DNA from: Lachnospiraceae bacterium
GTDB taxonomy: Bacteria > Bacillota > Clostridia > Lachnospirales > Lachnospiraceae
Length of the DNA stretch: 64,000 nucleotides
NCBI GenBank assembly: GCA_021200475.1
Contig: JAJQGP010000003.1
Span: 18,836-82,835, forward strand
Direction: 5' to 3'
Positions 17,310 through 27,310 of the stretch are shown here, piece by piece. A model generated the notes under the pieces. The model saw only the letters and a program-made list of their open reading frames with translations, had not been told where the DNA came from and did no database searches. The position numbers were made by a program, and so were the translations under genes. The first letter of the stretch is position 1; each line of letters begins with the position of its first letter.

Positions 17310-19973
17310 ATGCATATGAGGGAATCAGGCTGGATGACAATCCCGGAATGGAATTCGGTGAAACAAAGAAACATTTACGGCAGAGAGCAGGAGGATCAAG
17401 TGGTTCCTGAGAAAGATACGCCGGAAAATTTTCACGTGCTGGTGCGGGGGATGGTGGAGCTGCCTGCGCAGGACTGTGAGCTTCTGGTGGCCGCGGATGA
17501 CCATTATCAGATCTGGATTGACGGGGTCTACCGGGGGCAGGGACCGGCTGCTTCTTTTGCGGACTGCTGTTTTTATGACAGATATCTGATAGAAGCTCCC
17601 CTGGATACAGATGATACAGAGTGTTTCTGTAAAAAGAAAGCTTACGCAGAAAAAGATCATACGGAAAAGGTTTATATAGAGGCAAAGCGGACGGTCACGG
17701 TTGCCCTGCATCTATACTATCATGGGAAAATCAGTCGTTCCTGGACGAGCGGTGACGGGCGTTTTGGGCTGTGGCTTTCTATAGTGCTGGCCAAACGCAC
17801 AGCGTTCTCTGCATGGCCGACGCGACTTGCCCTCGCCGGGGGGCATTCTTGTCCTTCGGACGGGATATCCGCCGAGCCTTGGCGAGGGGGCATTTCTATG
17901 TGCCGGGAAGGAAATTCTCCGGATGATGAGCCGGAAAAAGAAGTGGCACACTGCGATGAGACCTGGCGTTATCGGGTTTGCAAGGCTTACAGTGGAGAGA
18001 CCGTAGGGTACGATACACAGTTTCTGGAAAACTTTGACAGCCGTCTCTGGCCGGAGGGCTGGGAGAGGCCAGACTTTTATACCGGTTTTGATGAGGAAAA
18101 CGACGGCTGGGGATATTTAGTCCCGGCTTTGTGGGCGGACTACCGTATGCTGCCCCGCCCAATCCGGATGCTGGAGGAGAAAACGGTTTATCCGATGCAA
18201 AGGTGGGAAGAAACGACCGGACAGGAGGTGATTGCGAAACAGGAACCTGCCTTGCACGGCCTGCGGACGGATGATGCATGGGAGGCCGGCTGTCATAGAC
18301 TGGTACTGGATTTTGGACGGGAAATCACTGGGGCGATCGTAGCGGAAGCGGCGGGTGCGGCCGGAACCCGGGTTGTGATCCGGTGTGGAGAAGAACTGGA
18401 AGAAACGTCAGGTCAGGCGCATTTTTGCGGAGAATTACAGGAAAAAGAGCTCTTGCCTGGCGAAGAATGTGAAAAAAACAGCGGGGACGCGGGAACAGAG
18501 GCAGGGTATGGGGGAATCCCACGCGTGCGCTGGGATATGCGCTGCGGCTGTGCGTATCAGGAAATCTGGACGCTGGGAGAGGGCATCAGCCGTCTGCATC
18601 CGTATGATTACAAGGGATTTCGCTACGCGGAACTGCTATACCCGAAAACGGTAAAGCTGCGGCAGGTATACGCCTGGGTGCGCCATTATCCGATGGAGGA
18701 TGCGTGTACATTAAAGTGCAGTCAGGATGCACGGGCACTCAGAAACCTGCCAGGAAGCCTGGACGCACAAAACAGGGAAAGTGTTTTGTGCGCACAGGCG
18801 GGGGGAGAATCGCCAGAAGCGGTGAGCGGCCCGGAGATGGAACAGATTTTTGAAATCTGCAAAAATGCGGTTCGCTGCTGTTCGCAGGATGGCTATCTGG
18901 ACTGCCCGACGCGGGAGAAGGGGCAGTATCTGGGAGATGCGCTGGTCACTGCCCGGTCGCAGGTGTGGCTGACCGGCAGCACGGAGCTTTTGCGCAAATG
19001 CATCGGGGATTTTATTTCCTCGGGGACGATCTCGCCGTCGCTGATGGCTGTTTCACCGGGCAGTGTGATGCAGGAGATCGCAGACTTTTCGCTGCTGTTT
19101 CCACTGCTGCCCCTGACGGATTATATGTTTACCGGAGATGGCACCTATCTGGCCAGGTGTTATCCGGTCGTCCGGGCACTGACCGAATCCTTCCTCATTT
19201 ATCAGAGAAGGGACGGCCTGCTGGAAAATGTGAGTGCTCTGTGGAATCTTGTTGACTGGCCGGAGAATCTGCGGGACGGATATGATTTTCCCCTGACCCG
19301 CCCGGTTGTCGGCGAAGGCTGCCACAATGTCGTCAATGCGCTCTGGTATGGGGCGAATGTCATGCAGGAGGAGATGGAAAAGCTGCTGGCGCTCCCCATT
19401 ACAGGGCGGAGCGCGCAGATCGCGGATTCCTTCCGGCACAGCTTTTACCGCAGGGAACAGCAGCTGTTTGCGGACAGTGAGAGCAGCGGGCATTGTTCGA
19501 TTCACGCGAATCTGTATGCGGCGTTTTTTGGCCTTTTGCCAGGGGAAAGTGAGGAGACATATGTGCGTCTGCTTCAGACGCCGGAACGTGTCTGCGGGGT
19601 GCTGCCGGCCTGGTTCGCGCTGAAAAGCCTTGCCCGGATGGGCAGGCAGGAGGTCTGCTTTGAACGAATGATGCGCGCGGATGCGTATGGCTGGAGAAAT
19701 ATGGTCCGCGAAGGTGCGAGCACTTCATTTGAAGCCTGGGGCAAAGACCAGAAGTGGAACACCAGCCTGTGTCATGGCTGGAGCAGCGGATTTTTGTCTC
19801 TCTTTATTGAGGAAATTGCAGGGCTGCACCCGGATCCGGCGGCGCCGGACGGCTATCGGTTTGAACCGCCCCGGATCGCGGATTGTCCGGAATTTGAACT
19901 GAACGTGCCGTGGAGAGGAAGCGCGCTGCATATCGTGAAAGAGAAACCGGAAAGCCGTGCCAGGATTCTATAG
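17310..19973 (+). CDS. alpha-L-rhamnosidase (GH78)
   Basis: VLDFGREITG, DCPTREKGQYLGD, LVDWP and TSLCHGWS motifs; no signal peptide. Confidence 0.85.
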   Translation: MHMRESGWMTIPEWNSVKQRNIYGREQEDQVVPEKDTPENFHVLVRGMVELPAQDCELLVAADDHYQIWIDGVYRGQGPAASFADCCFYDRYLIEAPLDTDDTECFCKKKAYAEKDHTEKVYIEAKRTVTVALHLYYHGKISRSWTSGDGRFGLWLSIVLAKRTAFSAWPTRLALAGGHSCPSDGISAEPWRGGISMCREGNSPDDEPEKEVAHCDETWRYRVCKAYSGETVGYDTQFLENFDSRLWPEGWERPDFYTGFDEENDGWGYLVPALWADYRMLPRPIRMLEEKTVYPMQRWEETTGQEVIAKQEPALHGLRTDDAWEAGCHRLVLDFGREITGAIVAEAAGAAGTRVVIRCGEELEETSGQAHFCGELQEKELLPGEECEKNSGDAGTEAGYGGIPRVRWDMRCGCAYQEIWTLGEGISRLHPYDYKGFRYAELLYPKTVKLRQVYAWVRHYPMEDACTLKCSQDARALRNLPGSLDAQNRESVLCAQAGGESPEAVSGPEMEQIFEICKNAVRCCSQDGYLDCPTREKGQYLGDALVTARSQVWLTGSTELLRKCIGDFISSGTISPSLMAVSPGSVMQEIADFSLLFPLLPLTDYMFTGDGTYLARCYPVVRALTESFLIYQRRDGLLENVSALWNLVDWPENLRDGYDFPLTRPVVGEGCHNVVNALWYGANVMQEEMEKLLALPITGRSAQIADSFRHSFYRREQQLFADSESSGHCSIHANLYAAFFGLLPGESEETYVRLLQTPERVCGVLPAWFALKSLARMGRQEVCFERMMRADAYGWRNMVREGASTSFEAWGKDQKWNTSLCHGWSSGFLSLFIEEIAGLHPDPAAPDGYRFEPPRIADCPEFELNVPWRGSALHIVKEKPESRARIL

Positions 19974-20088
19974 ACAGACAGGAACCGTGCCGGGCAGTAC
20001 ACTGCATTTACAACGCATTCATATGAAAAAATATGGTTTGCAGGAAAAAGAGATATGAAAATGAATCAGAAGAAGGAGGAAACACACA

Positions 20089-21999
20089 ATGCTATATCCA
20101 CAAGTAAACGAATCCCGTATGCGGATTGACCTGAATGGGATCTGGAGCTTTCAGACGGCGGGAGCCGAGGCTTATGAGGAAAATCAGGTGAAAAAGCCGC
20201 TGGAACAGCCCATGACGATGGCGGTTCCGGCTTCCTACAACGACCAGAAGGATGATGTGAATCTGCGCAGTCATTATGGCTGGGCGGTGTACCAGCGCAC
20301 GTTCAAAGTGCCGCGCCGTCTTCAGGGAGAACGGCTTGTCCTGCGCTTTGGCGCGGTTACCCATCAGGCGGAGGTATATCTGAACGGGGAGTATCTGGGC
20401 AGCCATAAGGGCGGTTTCCTTCCGTTTGAATTTGATGTGACAGAGCGTATCCTGGAAAAGGGGGAAAACCTTCTCTCTGTGGCAGTGGACAACCGGGTGA
20501 ATTTTGGAACTCTGCCGGTCGGAAATGAGAATAATGTGGCTTTCTTCGGCTCAGACAACCCGGGGATTCCGTCTATCGAGCTGGCGAAATCCCGCTGCAA
20601 GCCACAGAATAAGCCGAATTTTGACTTTTTCAACTACGCCGGCATTATTCGTCCGGTCTGGCTTTATACGACACCGAAGGACTATATTCAGGATGTCAGC
20701 CTGGTGACGGATGTGGATGGAAAAGACGGAATCGTGAAATTCCAGGTCGAGACGCTATCTTCGGAACAGCCGGGAGAGGCTTCGAAAGATTGTGGCTGTG
20801 AAAATGTGAGTCCGGAGAGTCCAAAGCCGGAAGATGGGAAAGCAGCGGAAGGACAGGTTCGGATTACAATTCTGGACGAAGACGGTCAGATTGTGGCAGA
20901 AAAGGAAGCTGCCGCTAACCCGGATGCGAACGATTCATGCGCCGGCACCTGCGTCATCCCCGACGTTCACCTCTGGAACCCCGGCGCGGCTTATCTTTAC
21001 ACTGCGCGCGTGACGTTTGGCGAGGATGTCTATGAGCAGACCTTCGGCGTCCGCACGGTGGAGGTGAAGGGGACACAGTTTCTGATCAATGGAAAACCAT
21101 TTTATTTCAAAGGCTTTGGCAAGCACGAGGACAGCTTTTTCCGCGGGCGCGGCACGGATTCCTGCCTGAATGTAAAGGACCTTTCTCTGTTTCGCTGGAT
21201 GCACGCGAATTCCTTCCGCACCAGCCATTATCCTTACGCGGAGGAGATGTATGACCTCTGCGACCGGGAGGGCATTCTCGTGATTGATGAAACTCCGGCA
21301 GTCGGCATTGGCGTGGGCGGCGGTCAGAACGCGTATCAGGAGCTGCATATCCACGAACATCACCGGGATGTCATCCGGGATATGATCGCACGGGATAAAA
21401 ACCATCCCTGCGTGGTGATGTGGTCTCTGGCGAACGAGCCAGATCTGGCAAACTTCCCGCAGGACGCGCTGGATTATTTTACCCCGCTGTATGAGCTGGC
21501 GCACAGCTGCGATCCGCAGAATCGCCCGGTGACGCTGGTCTGCTGTCAGAACAATTATGAGAAAGACCTCACGACCAGAACAATGGATGTCGTCTGCCTG
21601 AACCGTTATTACGGCTGGTACAATCTGGGCGGAGACCTGGATGCGGCCTGCGACGCACTGAATACGGAGCTGGATTTCTGGGAAAAGCAGGGCAAGCCGG
21701 TGATGTTCACCGAATACGGCGCGGACACCTATGCGGGCATCCACAACACAAACGGTGAAATGTTCAGCGAGGAATATCAGGCAGACTATTATATGCGGAT
21801 CGGCGCAGAGATCGACAAACGCCCCTTCTTTATCGGAGAGCAGCTCTGGAATTTCGCGGATTTCGCTACCATTCAGGGTCCGATGCGCGTAGACGGCAAT
21901 AAAAAGGGCGTCCTTACCAGGGATCGCAGGCCGAAGCTGGCGGCGCACGCCCTGCGCAGACGGTGGAATGAGATACCGGATTTCGGGTATAAAAAATAA
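20089..21999 (+). CDS. uidA: beta-glucuronidase (GH2)
   Basis: NSFRTSHYPY, WSLANEP (acid/base), FTEYGAD (nucleophile), GNKKG (N-K motif of glucuronidases). Confidence 0.92.
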   Translation: MLYPQVNESRMRIDLNGIWSFQTAGAEAYEENQVKKPLEQPMTMAVPASYNDQKDDVNLRSHYGWAVYQRTFKVPRRLQGERLVLRFGAVTHQAEVYLNGEYLGSHKGGFLPFEFDVTERILEKGENLLSVAVDNRVNFGTLPVGNENNVAFFGSDNPGIPSIELAKSRCKPQNKPNFDFFNYAGIIRPVWLYTTPKDYIQDVSLVTDVDGKDGIVKFQVETLSSEQPGEASKDCGCENVSPESPKPEDGKAAEGQVRITILDEDGQIVAEKEAAANPDANDSCAGTCVIPDVHLWNPGAAYLYTARVTFGEDVYEQTFGVRTVEVKGTQFLINGKPFYFKGFGKHEDSFFRGRGTDSCLNVKDLSLFRWMHANSFRTSHYPYAEEMYDLCDREGILVIDETPAVGIGVGGGQNAYQELHIHEHHRDVIRDMIARDKNHPCVVMWSLANEPDLANFPQDALDYFTPLYELAHSCDPQNRPVTLVCCQNNYEKDLTTRTMDVVCLNRYYGWYNLGGDLDAACDALNTELDFWEKQGKPVMFTEYGADTYAGIHNTNGEMFSEEYQADYYMRIGAEIDKRPFFIGEQLWNFADFATIQGPMRVDGNKKGVLTRDRRPKLAAHALRRRWNEIPDFGYKK

Positions 22000-22063
22000 A
22001 GTTGTTCCGGGCAATTTACGGAAGGCTTTTACGAGTGTGGAGTGAAAGTATGAGGACATATTT

Positions 22064-23014
22064 ATGAAGAGAGAGATTGCTTTTGGCTCTTTGAGGTGTA
22101 TGCCTGGCGAAAAAGTACAGGGTATGATGGACTTCGCGGATACAGGGATTTCGTCTCCGCTTACGCTGATTTGTGGCGAAAAAGAGGGGAAGACAGTGCT
22201 TCTGACCACCGGGATCCACGGGGGAGAGTACCCGAGCATTGAGAGTGTGATCGAGCTGGCGCAGGAGCTGCAGCCAGAGGATATCTGCGGTGCTCTGGTG
22301 ATTTTTCATCCGGTAAATACAGCAGGGTTTCTGGAGCGGGTCAGCGCCGTTTATCCGGAATCAGGGGAAAATCTGAACCGGCAGTATCCGGGCAGTCCGA
22401 CCGGCACCATTGGCCAGCGCTTTGCCTATGCGCTGACGCAGGAGGTGATACGGAAATGTGATTTTATGATTGATACTCATGGAGGAGACCTCCATGAGGT
22501 GCTGCCGCCCTATGTGTATTATCCGGGCGTCGGGGATCAGGAGGTCGCGGAGCGCTCAAGGCAGGCTGCGCTGCGGGTCAATTCCCGCTATATGGTGCGT
22601 TCGCAGGCGAACTCCAACGCTTACCATATGTGCAATCGTTACGGGATTCCCAGTATCCTGATTGAAATGGGAGGCCGTGGACTGTGGTCAAAGGAAGAGG
22701 TGGACGCATACAAAGACAATATTACGAATGTCCTGCGCTATCTGGACGTTCTGCCGGGCGAAGCCCAAATGCCGTCCGAGCCGGCTTATGTGATTACGAA
22801 TGCAGCTTATATTGACGCTTCACAGTCCGGCTGCTGGTATCCGCAGGTGAGCCTGGAGCAGCGCGTGAAAAAAGGGGAACTTCTGGGCGTCATTAAGGAC
22901 TTTTTCGGCAATACCCTGGAGGAGGTTTACGCGGAATTCGATTCCATTATTCTGTTTTACACGGTTTCACTGGCGATAAAGGCCGGCGATCCGATTATTA
23001 CTTATGGGATATGA
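22064..23014 (+). CDS. Succinylglutamate desuccinylase/aspartoacylase-family (M14) Zn hydrolase
   Basis: GIHGGEY (HxxE), NLNRQYPG, IDTHGG, IEMG, C-terminal biotinyl-like fold. Confidence 0.85.
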   Translation: MKREIAFGSLRCMPGEKVQGMMDFADTGISSPLTLICGEKEGKTVLLTTGIHGGEYPSIESVIELAQELQPEDICGALVIFHPVNTAGFLERVSAVYPESGENLNRQYPGSPTGTIGQRFAYALTQEVIRKCDFMIDTHGGDLHEVLPPYVYYPGVGDQEVAERSRQAALRVNSRYMVRSQANSNAYHMCNRYGIPSILIEMGGRGLWSKEEVDAYKDNITNVLRYLDVLPGEAQMPSEPAYVITNAAYIDASQSGCWYPQVSLEQRVKKGELLGVIKDFFGNTLEEVYAEFDSIILFYTVSLAIKAGDPIITYGI

Positions 23015-23037
23015 GGATGCAGAAAAAGGATTGCGCA

Positions 23038-23074
23038 GGCGAGCAGGATTCGGCAAGCCGTCTCCTGCTCGATT
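23038..23074. repeat. Family-C hairpin element
   Basis: 35/37 identical to the reverse complement of 52895-52931. Confidence 0.8.
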
Positions 23075-23098
23075 CGTTGTCAAAGAAGGAATGTCAGA

Positions 23099-24505
23099 AT
23101 GCAGACAGAATTGTCACAAAAAGATGAAAAATATCGGGTATTTGCGCTGGAAGCGCCGATGTGGAGGGTCATCCTGTACGTCGGCGTTCCGCTTGCTCTG
23201 TATGAGAGCCTGAATCAGCTGTTTAAGATCCTGGATACGATGATGGCCTCGCACATCAGCGCGAATGCGGTGTCAACGGTCGCTTATCTTTCGCAGATCA
23301 ATCTGATGCTCTCTGCGATCGGCGGCGGTCTGGCGGTTGGCGCAGGGATGAAGATCAGCGAGGCATACGGCGCGGGAAAGCTGGAACTGGTGAAGCGCCG
23401 TGTGAGCACGGTATTCGCGCTGTGCGCCGTGCTCGGCGGTGTGCTTCTTCTGGCACTGGTTCCATTTGCACGGGGATTTTTGAAACTTATGAATACGCCG
23501 GATGAAATCCTTGGGGAAGGGACGGTTTATTTTCGGCTGGAGTTGTTTGGACTTGTGCTTTCTTTTTTTAACAGCATCTACATTGCCATGGAGAGAGCGC
23601 GGGGAAATTCCAGACGAATTTTACACCTGAATACGGCCGTGATCGTGGTCAAGCTCTCCCTGACGGCTCTGTTTGTGTATGGGATGGGCGGCGGCGTCAG
23701 CATGATTGCGGTCGCGACACTTGCCTCGCAGGCCGTGCTGTTTGCGGCGGCGCTGGTCCATATGAATCAGAGGGAAAGCGCGTTCGGCTTTTCCCTGAAA
23801 GCAGTTTCCATGAGAGGAGAGGTGCTCTCTCCGATGCTGCACCTTTCTTTCCCTGTGATTGTAGAGAAGGCGGCCTTTTCTATGGGGAAGGTGATCGTCA
23901 ATTCGATGAGTACCGTCTATGGCACCTGGACGGTGGGCGCACTGGGAATTTCGAACAACATCGACGGAATCACGACCAGTCCGCAGAATGGCTTCCAGTC
24001 AGGCGGAGCGGCGGTGATCAGCCAGAACCTGGGTGCGAAAAAGCCGGAGCGGGCCCTCGCCGCCTTCCGGTGGACGCTGCTTATGAATGTTCTGGTCGGG
24101 TTTGTTCTGGTGAGTCTTACTCTGCTTTTTCTGGATCCCATTGTTTCTCTGTTCGCGGAGGGGAATGAAGCATTCGCGGGTATGATTAAAGAAATTTATC
24201 TTCTGGAAGCGCTCGGCGCGGTTCCGCTTGGTGTGAATGCGGCGGTGATGGCGCTCCTGTATGGCTTTGGCAAAACAAAAATCACACTGGCAATGAATTT
24301 CTGCCGGATTTTTCTGTTCCGCATCCCGGTACTTTGGGGACTGCAGCGCTTCACCGACCTTGGCAATGTCAGCGCGGGGATTGTGATGGCGGTCAGCAAT
24401 ATTTTAAGCGGTGTGCTGGCGGCGGTGGTCGCAGTGGTTGTTGTGCGGGAGATACGCAGAAGCTATGGCATTTCCATATCGGGGTTTTCGGGGCAGGAGC
24501 GGTAA
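23099..24505 (+). CDS. MATE-family efflux transporter
   Basis: About 12 TM helices, DTMMAS, two-fold internal repeat, QNLGA motif. Confidence 0.9.
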   Translation: MQTELSQKDEKYRVFALEAPMWRVILYVGVPLALYESLNQLFKILDTMMASHISANAVSTVAYLSQINLMLSAIGGGLAVGAGMKISEAYGAGKLELVKRRVSTVFALCAVLGGVLLLALVPFARGFLKLMNTPDEILGEGTVYFRLELFGLVLSFFNSIYIAMERARGNSRRILHLNTAVIVVKLSLTALFVYGMGGGVSMIAVATLASQAVLFAAALVHMNQRESAFGFSLKAVSMRGEVLSPMLHLSFPVIVEKAAFSMGKVIVNSMSTVYGTWTVGALGISNNIDGITTSPQNGFQSGGAAVISQNLGAKKPERALAAFRWTLLMNVLVGFVLVSLTLLFLDPIVSLFAEGNEAFAGMIKEIYLLEALGAVPLGVNAAVMALLYGFGKTKITLAMNFCRIFLFRIPVLWGLQRFTDLGNVSAGIVMAVSNILSGVLAAVVAVVVVREIRRSYGISISGFSGQER

Positions 24506-24622
24506 GAGGAACGGATTGTCTGCCGTGCCTGCCCCACGTGAAGCGTATCTGAAAGGGGCGCGCAGACGGAAGATATGGTGGTTATGAGCAGGTGCTTCAT
24601 GAGAATAAATGTTACGAAATAG

Positions 24623-24686
24623 GTAACAATTCAGAACAGCAGGCCGCAGGTCTACGCTCCGCTTCGATGCTGTTCTGAACTGTTAC
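24623..24686. repeat. Family-A element, internally deleted copy
   Basis: 19 bp terminal IR GTAACAATTCAGAACAGCA/TGCTGTTCTGAACTGTTAC (1 mismatch). Confidence 0.85.
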
Positions 24687-24892
24687 CGAAAATAGAACGT
24701 TTGCTAACGAAACAAAGGGCATACTGGATAATGTCGACAAAAAAATAACAGTAATGTGACAGAACTTCGAACAAAGCGTGAAAAATTTCTAAAAAAAATA
24801 TAAAAAAAGTGATGCAATTTAACGGGCGCTGTGTTAGAATAAGTACACGTGGGGATTTCCCGACAAAATTACGTGAAAAGGAGAAATGAGTA

Positions 24893-26182
24893 ATGAAAAA
24901 GAATGGTTTCAGACGCGCGATTGCTGTCGGCCTGGTTGGCGCTATGGCGCTTACGATGGCTCCGGCTGTCAGTGCAGCAGATTACGAAGAGTGCACCCTG
25001 ACGATTTCCTGGTGGGGCGGTGATTCCAGACATGAGGCGACGCTGGAAGCGATCGACGCTTTCATGGAAGCATATCCGGGTATCACAGTTGAGTCCACCT
25101 ATTCCGCATGGGACGGCTGGGAAGAGAAGATGGCTACCGCTTTTGTGGCAGGCACCGAGCAGGATATCAACCAGGTGAACTGGAACTGGATCACACAGTA
25201 TGATTCCGACGGATCGATTTTCCTGAACCTGTATGATTACGCGGATACGATTGATCTGACCCAGATCGGTGAATCCTATCTGGAGATGTGTGAGGCTTCT
25301 GACGGTTCTCTGGCAGCACTTCCGGCTTCCATGACCGGCCGTATTTTCTACTGGGACAAGACCACCTTCGATGAGGTTGGCGTAGAGATCCCGACCACTC
25401 TGGAAGAGCTGCTTGCGTGCGGCGAAGCATTTGCTGCGTATGATGAGAGCTATTATCCGATCGCCCTTGGCGAATATGACAGAATGATTCTTATGGTTTA
25501 TTATCTGGAGAGTGTTTACGGCACAGACTGGGTAATTGACAACGAGCTGCAGTATACGGCTGAGCAGATTCAGGAAGGCCTTCAGTTCATCCAGGATCTG
25601 GAAGACGCTCATGTAACTCCGACCATCGCGAAGATCACCGGCGACGGCGCTTCTTCTCTGGATCAGAACATGAACTGGATTGATGGCCACTATGCTGGTA
25701 TCTTCGAGTGGGATTCTTCCGCAGCGAAGTATCAGGGAGCTCTGGAAGAGGGCCGTGAGTTCGTAGTAGGCGATTATCTGACAGACCTTGGCGAGTATCA
25801 GGGAGGCTACACAAAGGTTTCTCTTGGCTGGGCGATCAGCACGAGAACGGAGCATCCGTATGAGTGCGCACTTCTTCTGAACTATCTGATGAACGACGCT
25901 GACGCGGCAGTGATTCTTGGTTCCGAGAGAGGTATCCCGGTATCTGAGTCCGCACTGACAGCTGCATCTGAAGCTGGCATTCTGAATGAGACGACAGTAG
26001 AAGCAAATGGCAAGGTTCTGGCATGGTGCAGCAACGCACTGGATCCGCTCTTTGAGGATTCGACTCTGAAGAGCAGCGACGGTGTTTACTATGATGTAAT
26101 GGCTGGTCTGAGCTACGGTGACTACAGCATCGAAGAGGCAGCTGAGATTCTGATCGATGGCATCAACGATGTTCTCGGCTGA
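24893..26182 (+). CDS. Sugar (oligogalacturonide-type) ABC substrate-binding protein
   Basis: ISWWGGDSRH (TogB/YesO-like), Sec signal ending AVSA-A, adjacent to two permeases. Confidence 0.88.
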   Translation: MKKNGFRRAIAVGLVGAMALTMAPAVSAADYEECTLTISWWGGDSRHEATLEAIDAFMEAYPGITVESTYSAWDGWEEKMATAFVAGTEQDINQVNWNWITQYDSDGSIFLNLYDYADTIDLTQIGESYLEMCEASDGSLAALPASMTGRIFYWDKTTFDEVGVEIPTTLEELLACGEAFAAYDESYYPIALGEYDRMILMVYYLESVYGTDWVIDNELQYTAEQIQEGLQFIQDLEDAHVTPTIAKITGDGASSLDQNMNWIDGHYAGIFEWDSSAAKYQGALEEGREFVVGDYLTDLGEYQGGYTKVSLGWAISTRTEHPYECALLLNYLMNDADAAVILGSERGIPVSESALTAASEAGILNETTVEANGKVLAWCSNALDPLFEDSTLKSSDGVYYDVMAGLSYGDYSIEEAAEILIDGINDVLG

Positions 26183-26310
26183 TGATATTGAAGCAAATCC
26201 ATCAAAGCGACATGCTGTAAGGAAGGAGCTGTGCAGGCAAATCGTCCACTGGGCGGGGCACGCACGGCCTGCATCCTCAGCTCACACTGTGAAATGAGGA
26301 CATGTGGTAA

Positions 26311-26347
26311 GGGAGCTGCTGTTGGAGAGATAGCAGCTCCCTTTTAT
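26311..26347 (+). terminator. Hairpin plus U-tract between the binding protein and the permeases
   Basis: GGGAGCTGCT...AGCAGCTCCC-TTTTAT. Confidence 0.7.
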
Positions 26348-26366
26348 AATAAGGGAGGGATTTCAT

Positions 26367-27308
26367 TTGGCTAACAAAAGCAATTCTGCAGCCGTGATCC
26401 CACACAAGGTAAAGAGAAAAGGATTGAAAGGTTTTTGCAGGGATAATATTGGTTTTTTCTTTATTTTGCCGTGGCTGATCGGTTTTCTGATTTTTAAGCT
26501 TTATCCGATGGCTTCTTCACTGTACTACAGTTTTACCGATTATAACCTCTTCCAGGGGATCAGCGTGGTTGGTACACTGCAGAACTATATTGATGTATTT
26601 ACGACATCGAAGATTACAAAAGCAATGGGAATCACATTCCGGTACGCATTTATCACCGTGCCGCTGAAGCTGATCTTTGCTCTGTTTGTTGCATACATAC
26701 TGAACTTTAAGATTAAGGGCGTGAACCTTTTCCGTACCATCTATTATATTCCTTCCATTCTTGGTGGTTCGGTGGCGATCGCCGTTCTCTGGAAAGCGGT
26801 TTTCCGTGATGAGGGTCTTCTGAATGGCGCGCTTGCGCTGATCGGGATCACCGGGCCGAGCTGGCTGAGCGATACCAGATACTCGCTGATGGTCATCTGC
26901 CTGCTGCGTGTATGGCAGTTTGGTTCTTCCATGGTCATTTTCCTGGCCGCACTGAAGGGCGTTTCGGCAGATCTCTATGAGGCAGCTGCGATTGACGGAG
27001 CGGGCAAATGGCGCCAGTTTTTCTCGATCACCGTACCGCTGATTACGCCGGTTATTTTCTACAACCTGGTAACACAGCTCTGTCAGGCCTTCCAGGAATT
27101 CAATGGACCGTACATCATTACATCCGGCGGACCGAGAAACTCTACCACATTGCTTTCACTGCTGATTTATAACAGTGCGTTTAAACAGTATGATATGGGT
27201 ATGGCGAGCGCAATGGCATGGGTATTATTTGTCATCCTGATGTTCTTTACGGTGATTGCATTCCTGTCCCAGAAATACTGGGTATTCTATTCAGATGAGG
27301 AGGGTTGA
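26367..27308 (+). CDS. Carbohydrate ABC permease
   Basis: EAA motif LYEAAAIDGAGKWRQFFSITVP. Confidence 0.92.
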   Translation: MANKSNSAAVIPHKVKRKGLKGFCRDNIGFFFILPWLIGFLIFKLYPMASSLYYSFTDYNLFQGISVVGTLQNYIDVFTTSKITKAMGITFRYAFITVPLKLIFALFVAYILNFKIKGVNLFRTIYYIPSILGGSVAIAVLWKAVFRDEGLLNGALALIGITGPSWLSDTRYSLMVICLLRVWQFGSSMVIFLAALKGVSADLYEAAAIDGAGKWRQFFSITVPLITPVIFYNLVTQLCQAFQEFNGPYIITSGGPRNSTTLLSLLIYNSAFKQYDMGMASAMAWVLFVILMFFTVIAFLSQKYWVFYSDEEG

Positions 27309-27310
27309 GT

